A stretch of 15,503 nucleotides of DNA from a bacterium (lineage in GTDB: Bacteria > Myxococcota_A > UBA796 > GCA-2862545). The notes under the pieces were generated by a model. It saw only the letters and a program-made list of their open reading frames with translations. It was not told the origin of the DNA and ran no database searches. Location of the stretch: contig JAUHWK010000050.1 in assembly GCA_030424555.1 (NCBI GenBank), positions 1-15,503 on the forward strand, given 5' to 3'. Below, piece after piece: positions 7,168-14,896 of the stretch (its first letter is position 1; each line of letters begins with the position of its first letter). A program made the position numbers and the translations under genes.

Positions 7168-10100
7168 CTACTCCTCCCGGGCGCGGTCGGCGCGCGCGGC
7201 GAGGTCGGCGATCGCGCTGGCGACCGTGCGGCGGAGGTCCTGGGTCCAGGCCTCGTGGGCGTCCTTGGGCAGGTGGGCCCGGGCGGAGGCGAGCATGTGG
7301 ACCGTGAGCATCTCGATCACGGACAGGGCCGCGGCCAGGTTGGGATCGCCGTCGGACGGGACACGGCGGAGATCGCCGCCCACGGCGCGTCGGGCCTGAT
7401 CCAGGAGCCGCGCCCGGCGGGCGTCGTGGTCGAGGGCGCCGGGGTCGCCTTGGGAGGGCCGGACGGCGTCGCGCAGGGACCGCAGCTCGGCGAGCATGTC
7501 CTGCATCGCGCCGGGGACAGCGGGGGCGGGAGCGGGCGTGGCGGTGGCGAGGTGGGTTGCGATGGCCTGCAAGGGCCCCGCGACGGCCTGGAGATCGGGC
7601 GGCGGGGCCTCGGCCAGCTGACCGTGGACGGCGCGGAGGGCGCGCGCGAGGTCGGCCAGGTGCTGGGTGGTGCCGCGGTCGGACGCCATGGTCTCGCGAA
7701 GCGCCGAGAGCTGCTCGTGGAGGCCGGCGAGGGCGTGCGGCACGGCGGGGTCTCGCAGGCCGGGGCCGAGGGTGCCGACGGCCTCCACCAGCCCGGACAG
7801 CACGCCGACCACGCGGGTGGCTGGGTCGTCGCCGTCGCCGCCCATGAGGCGCTGACGCCGGGTCTCCTGCCGGATGGCGTCCAGGCGCTCGGCACCGACC
7901 TCGTCGAGGCGTCCTCGGAGCTCCGCGAGCCGGAGGAGGTTGAACTCGGCCCCGGTGGTGAGGGTCTGCGACTCGCCACGGTAGTGGTCGTCGATCAGCC
8001 GGTCGACCTCCTCGTCGCGCAGGGCGGGCACGATGCGCTGCGCCAGCTTGGCCATGTTTCGGTAGCTGCCCTGGAGCTGGAACCGGGGCTCGGTCCGGAA
8101 CCGGTCCTCCATCGCAGCGCTGCGCACGTACTCGGCGTTGACCCGGAGCAGGACGTCGCGGCACCGGAACAGGTGCCGCAGCACGGTGAGGATCTCGGAG
8201 CGCTCGACGGCGCTGTAGTCGTGCGACAGCGCGGACGGCGGCAGCTCCTCGCCCTGCGCCATGCGCACCAGGGCATAGACGTCGGCCTGGGCCCGGTCGG
8301 CGAGCGGCTGCAGGACCGGGTTGGACGTGAGCGCGTTCTCGACGAAGGACAGGGCGAACACGTCCTCGCGCCCGTCGAGGACGTCGCCGAGGTTGTAGGT
8401 GTCGGCGCGGTTGGCGAGCATGTCGGGCACCTGGAACCGGTCGCCGGACTCCGTGTACGGGTTGCCGGCCATCACGACCGCGAACTTGCGTCCCCGCAGG
8501 TCGTAGGTGCGGGTGCGCCCGTTCCACACGCCCTCGATGCGGCGGCTGGCGTCGCACAGGGAGATGAACTTCTGGAGCAGCTCGGGGTTCGTGTGCTGGA
8601 TGTCGTCCAGGTACAGCAGGACGTTGTCGCCGAGCTCGAGCGCTAGGTTGATCTTGTCGACCTCCTGCCGGGCGGTGGCGTTGGGGGCCTCTTCGGGGTC
8701 GAGGCTGGTGACGCCGTGGCCGAGGGCCGGGCCGTTGACCTTGACGAACACGAGGCCGAGGCGGTCGGCGACGTACTCCATCAGGGTGGTCTTGCCGTAG
8801 CCGGGGGGGCTGACCAGGAGCAGCAAGCCCATCAGGTCGGTGCGCTTGGCGTCGCCGGCGGCGCCGATCTGCTTGGCGAAGTTGTCGCCGATCAGGGGCA
8901 GGTAGGCGTCCTGGATGAGCTTGTTGCGCACGAACGCGCTCATCACCTTGGGCTCGAGCTCGTCGATGCGCAGGCGGTGTCGCCAGCGCTCGAGGACGTC
9001 GTGACGGGTGGCCCGCCAGGCGCGGAAGCCCGGCACGCGCTCGGTGGCGAAGCGGGTGAGGCGGTCGAGGAAGGGGGCGAGGGACAGGTCCATCGCGCCG
9101 TCGCGGACGCGCGGGTGGCGCCCCAGCAAGCCCTGGACCGTGGTGCGGGCCTCGGTGGCCTCCACCTGGATGTCGACCTGGCGCTCGACCAGCCACCACA
9201 CCGCGGTCTCGAACGCGACGCCGGGATCGGCCGGGGCATCGGCCGTGCTGGCGATCGCCTCGCACCAGGCGTGCAGGACCTGGAGGTGCTCGACGGGACG
9301 GTCGGACAGCGCCCGGAGGCGATCGTCGAACGCGCCGCGGCCGCCATGGTCTTCGATCCAGCGGTCGAGGCGGGCGCGCAGGTCCTGGGCGGCGGACGAC
9401 ACGGCCATGCGGGCGGGCTCGGTGGCGAGGGCGTCGACCAGGGCCGCCCCGGCGGCGGGGAGGTCGGACGCCCACTGGCTGGGGCCGCCCGGGACGTCGA
9501 ACCCGATCTCCTGGAGCCACGCGCGGAGGACACCGGTGAGCTCGGTGGCGAAGGCCTCGGCGGCGCCGCCTGGACCCAGGGTGTCGCGGATCCGCACGAG
9601 CGTGCGGGCCCGGGCCTGCCACGCGCCCCACGGTGCGTCGGTGTGCAGCCCCCGAAACAGCATCGCCAGGGCGCGGGCGCGGGTGCCAAAGCGCTGCCAC
9701 CCGGCGGCCTGGCGGAGCTGGACGAGTGCCTTGAGGATCGCGGCGGCATCGACGTCGTGGACGCCGCGATCGTACCCCTCGTCCCAGGCCTCCGCGGTGT
9801 GCGAGCGCACGATGTCGAGCAGGCCGGCTTCGGTGAGAAGGGCCTGCTCCAGCGTGCTGACGTCGAGGCCGTCGCCGCGCTGGGCGGCATCGAGGACGCG
9901 CCAGGCCAGGTACTCGGCGCGGTAGACCGCCTCGGTCTCGCTGACGAGGGCCTGGTCCCAGTACGCACGGGCCGCGAGGACGTCGGGATCGTCGAGGCGC
10001 TGCCGGAACTGGGTGCCGGTGAGGGTGAGGGCGACGTGCAGGTCGTCGCCCTCGCCGTCGGGGACGAGCGCCAGCTCGAACGGCTGGGTGTTCACGGTGA

Positions 10101-12729
10101 ACTTGTGGCGCCCGAGGCTGATCAGCCGGTCGGCGTCGAACAGCTCGGCGTCGTCGCGCAGCGCGCGGAGGGCATCCTGGCGGGTGCGGCGAAGGCGTCC
10201 CCGGAGATCCTCGGCGCGCACGGTGTCGCCCAGGGAGACGAGCTCGTCGGCGAGGGCGCGCAGGCGGCCCACCATGGGGTCGGCGGCGAAGAAGCTGTTC
10301 AGGGCGTCTTCGTCGGTGTGGGTCCGGGCCCGTCGGGCGAGGCCCTCCAGGATCCGATCGGCGGCCGCGACCCGGGCGGCGACCCGCCGGTTCCGGTCGT
10401 CCAGCAGGCGCTGTCGGCGGGCGGCGAACGCGCTGTGGACGTCCTCGCGCTGGGTGGTGAGGGCTGGGAGGAACGCATCCGACGCGCCGAACCGGGCCTC
10501 GAGCTCCTCGACCTGGAGCAGGAGGCGCGACAGCTGTTCGTCGCACGCCTCGGGGGTGTCGCACCGGGCCAGGGCGGACTGGACGGCCTGGGACAGCAGC
10601 TTGATCTGCGCGGAGAACTCGGCCTCACCCTCCTTGGCCGCCAGGGCTTCTTCGCGTTGCTCGAGCGCGAGCCGGACCCGGTTGGCGGTGCTGAACACCT
10701 CGCCGATGCGATCGAGCAGGGCGGCCTTGCGGGTGGGATCGTCGACCTCGAGGCCCGCCACCACCTCGGCGAGCAGGTCCACGCCCTCGGCGGTCTGGGT
10801 GAGGCGCTCGGCCCAGGGCTCCAGCTCCAGGGTTCGTCGAACCCCTGGCAGGGCGGCCTCGACCTCGGCCAAGCCCTGGATCAACGGTGCGAAGGCGGCC
10901 TCGCCCTCCAAGAACCGGATCGTGGCCTGCCCGACCCGTTCGAACCGCGTCTCGGCCTCGTCGCCCAGCGCCTGCAAGGCGGCGCGATCGGCGAAGCGGA
11001 CGTCCTGCAGCGTGATCAGGTGCCCGCGGTGTCGGCGGAGACGGGTCATCGCGCCGAGCAGGGCGTCGATGCTGGTGAGGCGCTCGGTGCGCACCGCGTC
11101 CATCAGCGAGGCGTGCTCCTCGCGGGCCGCGCGCAGGGTGTCGGCGGCGCGGCGCTGCAGGACCAGGACCTTTTCGAACTCGTCGACGACCTGCTCGGTC
11201 GCTTGCAGGGTGGCCTCGACCGCCTCGGCGAGGCCGTGCATCGAGGCATCGGACGCCCAGTAGTGGGCGTCGAGGAAGCGCTGGCACCCGGCGGCGAGCT
11301 CGTCGAAGGCGGCTCGGGTGGGCTCGGGGTGGGTGGCGAGGCGGGCCAGGGTGAGGGCGTCGGACACCCCGCGCACCAGCTCGGCGTTGCCCACGCGGGC
11401 GATCAGGTCGTCGCCGTGGGCGGCGGGGTCGACGTGCTCCGGGTGGACGAACGGGGTGCGCCAGAGCTGGATCGGGTGGACGCGGGTGGGGTCGGGCTGG
11501 GCGCGGAACACGGCCAGCGTGCCGTCGTCGAACAGGGACCAGCCGTGGGCGTGGATGGGGGTGCGGACGTCCTTGCGGATGAGGTTGTAGCTGTACAGGG
11601 CGTACAGGCCGTCGGACGCGCGGTGGAACACGTACAGGACGTCTTCGCCGTTGGGGGCGTCGAGGCGCCGGACGAACCGCATCCCGTCGTGCTCGGCGTC
11701 GAACACCTTGTGCTGGCCGTCGCGCAGGACGTACCCGCCGGGGAACAGGATGCCGTGGTCCTCGGGCAGGGTGACGCAGCTGGCGCCGAGGGCGTCGATG
11801 CGCAGGACCTGCCGGGTGGTCCGCACGAACACGAGGTGGCGGGTGACGGCCTCGTTGAAGGGCGTGATGCGCAGCAACAGCAGGGAGCCGCGGTCGGCGT
11901 AGGCGATGGCGGCGTCGTCGAGAGACTGGTTGGGGTCGTCGACGGGCTCGGAGTACACGCCCTCCCCGGTCTCCGTGTTGTCCTCGACCTTGACCGTGAG
12001 GTCGCCGCCGACGGTCTCGACGAACACGGTGTCGAGCACGTTGACGTGGGGGTGCCGGCCGCGGACGTGGTCGTCGCGGGTGGTGGCGGTCCAGGTGAAG
12101 TCGTGGGCGGGCGGGAACACGTGGTCGCGCTCGCCGCGGTTGTCGACGTAGGTGGGGGTGTCGTCGGCGGTGAGATCCCACCGGAGGACCTTGACGTCCT
12201 CGGGCCGCTTGCCGATGCGGAACACGGCGAGCAGGCGTCCGTCGACGCGGCGCAGCTGGGTGAGCCGGGCGTCCGCGTAGTACTGGAACAGCTCGTTGAA
12301 CTCACGGTCGAACGCCGGGCCCTCGAGGAAGGACCGGGCGCTCTCGGCCGCGGGGCGGAAGGTGGGGACGTCGCCGCTGCGGTCGATGGTGTACAGGCCG
12401 AACACGTCGCCGGGCGAGGTGGTCTGCTTGAGGCCGAGGAACACCTCGTAGCCGACCAGCAGGTGGTCCCCGATCGGGACCATGTCGTGGGGGGTGTTGG
12501 CGTGCTCGGTGCGCACGCGCTCCTGGCCGAGCACCTCGAACGACACCGAGCCGAACCGATCGACCCGCTGGGCGTTGAGGGTGTCGGCGGCGGCCTTGAC
12601 CGCGGAGGCTCGGTCGGCGAGGCGGCGGCGCAGGACGCCGTAGTTGCCCTGGTCGACCGCGGCGTCGGTGCCCTCGGGGGCGGGATCGGACGGGGCGTCT
12701 TGGGTGGGGTCGTCAGCTCGGTCGGCCAT
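7168..12729 (-). CDS. Giant (1853 aa) protein with an embedded MoxR/AAA_5-type AAA+ ATPase module; function unknown
   Basis: ATG (rc of 12727-12729) with GGGAGG 8 nt upstream. Balanced amino-acid composition, unlike the G/A/V-rich antisense ORF. The AAA module is annotated separately. The N-terminal ~1250 aa and the low-complexity C-terminal ~280 aa match nothing I can recognise. Stop is rc of 7168-7170. Confidence 0.75.
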   Translation of the reverse strand: MADRADDPTQDAPSDPAPEGTDAAVDQGNYGVLRRRLADRASAVKAAADTLNAQRVDRFGSVSFEVLGQERVRTEHANTPHDMVPIGDHLLVGYEVFLGLKQTTSPGDVFGLYTIDRSGDVPTFRPAAESARSFLEGPAFDREFNELFQYYADARLTQLRRVDGRLLAVFRIGKRPEDVKVLRWDLTADDTPTYVDNRGERDHVFPPAHDFTWTATTRDDHVRGRHPHVNVLDTVFVETVGGDLTVKVEDNTETGEGVYSEPVDDPNQSLDDAAIAYADRGSLLLLRITPFNEAVTRHLVFVRTTRQVLRIDALGASCVTLPEDHGILFPGGYVLRDGQHKVFDAEHDGMRFVRRLDAPNGEDVLYVFHRASDGLYALYSYNLIRKDVRTPIHAHGWSLFDDGTLAVFRAQPDPTRVHPIQLWRTPFVHPEHVDPAAHGDDLIARVGNAELVRGVSDALTLARLATHPEPTRAAFDELAAGCQRFLDAHYWASDASMHGLAEAVEATLQATEQVVDEFEKVLVLQRRAADTLRAAREEHASLMDAVRTERLTSIDALLGAMTRLRRHRGHLITLQDVRFADRAALQALGDEAETRFERVGQATIRFLEGEAAFAPLIQGLAEVEAALPGVRRTLELEPWAERLTQTAEGVDLLAEVVAGLEVDDPTRKAALLDRIGEVFSTANRVRLALEQREEALAAKEGEAEFSAQIKLLSQAVQSALARCDTPEACDEQLSRLLLQVEELEARFGASDAFLPALTTQREDVHSAFAARRQRLLDDRNRRVAARVAAADRILEGLARRARTHTDEDALNSFFAADPMVGRLRALADELVSLGDTVRAEDLRGRLRRTRQDALRALRDDAELFDADRLISLGRHKFTVNTQPFELALVPDGEGDDLHVALTLTGTQFRQRLDDPDVLAARAYWDQALVSETEAVYRAEYLAWRVLDAAQRGDGLDVSTLEQALLTEAGLLDIVRSHTAEAWDEGYDRGVHDVDAAAILKALVQLRQAAGWQRFGTRARALAMLFRGLHTDAPWGAWQARARTLVRIRDTLGPGGAAEAFATELTGVLRAWLQEIGFDVPGGPSQWASDLPAAGAALVDALATEPARMAVSSAAQDLRARLDRWIEDHGGRGAFDDRLRALSDRPVEHLQVLHAWCEAIASTADAPADPGVAFETAVWWLVERQVDIQVEATEARTTVQGLLGRHPRVRDGAMDLSLAPFLDRLTRFATERVPGFRAWRATRHDVLERWRHRLRIDELEPKVMSAFVRNKLIQDAYLPLIGDNFAKQIGAAGDAKRTDLMGLLLLVSPPGYGKTTLMEYVADRLGLVFVKVNGPALGHGVTSLDPEEAPNATARQEVDKINLALELGDNVLLYLDDIQHTNPELLQKFISLCDASRRIEGVWNGRTRTYDLRGRKFAVVMAGNPYTESGDRFQVPDMLANRADTYNLGDVLDGREDVFALSFVENALTSNPVLQPLADRAQADVYALVRMAQGEELPPSALSHDYSAVERSEILTVLRHLFRCRDVLLRVNAEYVRSAAMEDRFRTEPRFQLQGSYRNMAKLAQRIVPALRDEEVDRLIDDHYRGESQTLTTGAEFNLLRLAELRGRLDEVGAERLDAIRQETRRQRLMGGDGDDPATRVVGVLSGLVEAVGTLGPGLRDPAVPHALAGLHEQLSALRETMASDRGTTQHLADLARALRAVHGQLAEAPPPDLQAVAGPLQAIATHLATATPAPAPAVPGAMQDMLAELRSLRDAVRPSQGDPGALDHDARRARLLDQARRAVGGDLRRVPSDGDPNLAAALSVIEMLTVHMLASARAHLPKDAHEAWTQDLRRTVASAIADLAARADRAREE
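8000..8900 (-). other. MoxR/AAA_5-like AAA+ ATPase module within the giant protein (approx. residues 1280-1570)
   Basis: Motif positions in plus-strand coordinates: Walker A ~8791-8815 (LLLLVSPPGYGKTTL), Walker B ~8596-8622 (VLLYLDDIQH), sensor-1 region ~8440-8500 (FAVVMAGNPYTESGDRFQVPDMLANRAD, cf. MoxR ATQNPxExEGTYxLPEAQLDRF), lid ~8024-8086 (QLQGSYRNMAKLAQRI, cf. MoxR SPRA...LLRAA). Boundaries are approximate. Confidence 0.6.
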
Positions 12730-12758
12730 CGCGGCGGACCTCCCTCGGGTGCAGGGGG

Positions 12759-12783
12759 GCCGGCCCGAGGGGATCGGGCCGGC
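12759..12783 (-). promoter_or_regulatory. GC-only 9-bp stem / 7-nt loop hairpin in the flotillin-to-ATPase intergenic region, with no U-tract; possible attenuator or RNA-stability element
   Basis: Plus strand gccggcccg-aggggat-cgggccggc (12759-12767 pairs with 12775-12783). Lies 17 nt after the flotillin stop (12801) and ~30 nt before the ATPase start codon. On the mRNA the sequence after the stem is CCCCCCUGC, so this is not a canonical intrinsic terminator. Confidence 0.3.
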
Positions 12784-12800
12784 GGGTCAGCGGCGAAGGC

Positions 12801-14789
12801 TCAGGCGTCGTCGTCGGTGCTGCCGGACAGCGCGTCGAGCACGGTGCCGACCGCGCCCTTGGCCGCGTCGCTGCGGGACAGGAACACGTCGAGGGCCTGA
12901 CCCAGCGAGGCGGCCTTGACGATGCTGTCGAGGAACTGGCCGTCGCCGCCCATGATCTGGATGTCGGCCTTGCCGAACGCCTCGGCGAGGACGGACGCCT
13001 GCTCCTCGGCGATCTTCTCCTGGGCGGCCAGCCGCGCCAGGGCGATCTTCTCGTCGAGGTTGAGCTTCATCCGGAACTCCTCGTGGTCCTTGGCGGGACC
13101 CTCCATCTTCTGCATGGCGAGCAGCTTCTCGGCGAGTCCGGTGGCCTCGGCGGCCATGCGGGCCTTGATCGCGGCGGCCTCGGCGGCCCCCATCTTCTCG
13201 ATCGCGATGGCGTCGGCTTCCTTGCCCTGGGCCTCGGCGACCATCTTCTCGCGCTGGAGCATGGCCTCGAGCTCGATCTCCTTCTCGCGAACGGCCATCG
13301 CGGCCAGGCCCTTGGCCTCGTCGCCCTTGGCCTCGGCGACCTTCTGCTCCGCGGTGACGCGGGCGGTCGCCATGCCCATCTTCTCGGTGGCGACGGCGTC
13401 GGCTTCCTTGACGCGGACCTTGGCGAGCCCTGCGGCGGCCTCCTCGGCTTGCACGCCCTCGGCAATGCGGGCCTTGGCCTTGGCGACGCGCTCGGCTTCC
13501 TCGAGCTTGGCGTTGGCGAGGGTGAGGGTCTCGCGGGCCTGGGCCTCGGCGGCCTTCTCGCGCGCCTCGGCGGCCTTGATCTCCTTGATCAGGAGCTCCT
13601 CGGCCTGGGCCTCGGCCTCGATGACGTGGACGTCCTTGTTGCGGGTGGCCTCCATGGTGGCGCGCAGGTCCTTGATGCGCTCCTCCTCCTCGGCCACGGT
13701 CTTGTCGATCGCGATGCGCGTGCGGACGACCTCGGCGATCTCCTTGCGCTTGACCTCCAGCTCCATCTCCTTGTCGATCTGCTGGCGCTCGACTTCACGC
13801 TCGCGGCCGATCACCTCGACCATGCGGTCGCGCTCGACGTGCTCGGCCTTGATCGCCACGACGCGCTCACGGTCCTTGTCTGCGACCTCGACCTGGCGGC
13901 GCTTGTTGAGGTCGCTGACCTCGATCTGCTCGGCGGCCTGGATGCGGGCGAGCTCGGCGCGCTGGTGCTCCTCGGCTTCGACCTTGGCGGTCTCGGCGGC
14001 CTCGCGGGCCTTGACCGTGGCGATCTCGCGCTGCTGGCGTGCCTCGGCGTCGGCGCGGCGGCGGCGCAGCTCGAGGATCTGCTCCTCGGCTTCGAGGTTC
14101 TGTCGGGTCTCCTCCTTCTTGTAGTCCTGGGCGAGCTGGTTGGTCTGCAGGTTCTGCTTGACCGTGATCTCGGTGATCTTGCGGATGCCCTGGGCGTCGA
14201 GGATGTTGTTTCGATCGAGCTTCTCGAGCGGGGTCTGCTCGAGGTAGTCGATGGCGGCGTCGTCGAGGACGTAGCCGTTGAGGTCGCGGCCGATGACCTC
14301 GATGATCCGGTCCTTGAAGTCGTCTCGCTGGGTGTACAGCTGCTCGAAGTCCAGCTTCTTGCCGACGGTCTTGAGGGCCTCGGAGAACTTGGCGACGAAC
14401 AGCTCCTCGAGGGTGGTCTGGTCGGACGCGCGGGCGCAGCCGATGCTCTGGGCCACCTTGAGCACGTCCTCCTTGGTCTTGTTGACCCGGACGTAGAAGC
14501 TGACCTTGATGTCGGCCCGGATGTTGTCGTGGCAGATCAGGCCTTCGTGGCCCGATCGGGCGATCTCGATGGTCTTGACCGAGATGTCCATGACCTCGGC
14601 CCGGTACACGATCGGGACGACCACGGCGCCGGTGAACGTGACGGCCGGCTCGGCGGTCATCTTGTTGACGATGAGGGCCTTGCCCTGGTCGACCTTGCGG
14701 TAGAACCGCGCGACCATCACGAGCGCGCCGGCGAAGAACACCGCCAGGCCCAACCCGACGAGAAGGGTGAAGATCATGGCTTCGGACAT
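12801..14789 (-). CDS. Flotillin-family SPFH/band-7 membrane protein (YqiK/FloT-like), 662 aa
   Basis: ATG (rc of 14787-14789) with GGAGG 7 nt upstream. N-terminal TM helix (IFTLLVGLGLAVFFAGALVMVA) followed by YRKVDQGKALIV, typical of flotillin SPFH domains. Long central Glu/Ala/Lys/Arg coiled coil with EA repeats. C-terminal flotillin-like tail. Stop is rc of 12801-12803. Confidence 0.9.
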   Translation of the reverse strand: MSEAMIFTLLVGLGLAVFFAGALVMVARFYRKVDQGKALIVNKMTAEPAVTFTGAVVVPIVYRAEVMDISVKTIEIARSGHEGLICHDNIRADIKVSFYVRVNKTKEDVLKVAQSIGCARASDQTTLEELFVAKFSEALKTVGKKLDFEQLYTQRDDFKDRIIEVIGRDLNGYVLDDAAIDYLEQTPLEKLDRNNILDAQGIRKITEITVKQNLQTNQLAQDYKKEETRQNLEAEEQILELRRRRADAEARQQREIATVKAREAAETAKVEAEEHQRAELARIQAAEQIEVSDLNKRRQVEVADKDRERVVAIKAEHVERDRMVEVIGREREVERQQIDKEMELEVKRKEIAEVVRTRIAIDKTVAEEEERIKDLRATMEATRNKDVHVIEAEAQAEELLIKEIKAAEAREKAAEAQARETLTLANAKLEEAERVAKAKARIAEGVQAEEAAAGLAKVRVKEADAVATEKMGMATARVTAEQKVAEAKGDEAKGLAAMAVREKEIELEAMLQREKMVAEAQGKEADAIAIEKMGAAEAAAIKARMAAEATGLAEKLLAMQKMEGPAKDHEEFRMKLNLDEKIALARLAAQEKIAEEQASVLAEAFGKADIQIMGGDGQFLDSIVKAASLGQALDVFLSRSDAAKGAVGTVLDALSGSTDDDA

Positions 14790-14896
14790 GCGGTGGCCTC
14801 CGGGGCGGCGTCACCACGCCACGGGGCGCGGTCGGGTGGTCAGGGACGGGGATGGAGATGGGGCGTGCACCCGGACGCGCCGGCTGCGTGGATCCC

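Noticed and set aside
7094-10564. 1156-aa minus-strand ORF in an alternative frame of the giant ATPase gene
   Set aside because: Extremely Arg/Pro/Gly-rich low-complexity translation. This is an out-of-frame artefact of GC-rich codon structure; the in-frame 1853-aa product explains the region.
8716-12900. 1394-aa ORF on the plus strand antisense to the giant ATPase and flotillin genes
   Set aside because: Its composition is dominated by G/A/V/L/E/D runs typical of antisense frames in high-GC DNA and carries no recognisable motifs. The opposite strand encodes proteins with clear AAA+ and flotillin signatures. It also spans an intergenic region and two genes, which is implausible for one real gene.
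12900-14100. Apparent DNA-level repetitiveness (gcctcggcggcc..., cttggcc...) inside the flotillin gene
   Set aside because: It is explained by the Glu/Ala/Lys coiled-coil coding sequence (EA-repeat region) of flotillin. It is not a CRISPR array or an independent repeat element: spacing is irregular and in frame.
14790-14896. Small inverted repeats (GGCGT-cacc-ACGCC; CCGG-acgcg-CCGG) between the NfeD-like and flotillin genes as possible terminators or operators
   Set aside because: Stems are only 4-5 bp with no U-tract and are too weak to call in ~75% GC sequence. The region does hold the flotillin RBS (GGAGG, 7-nt spacer), but no regulatory element is supportable.
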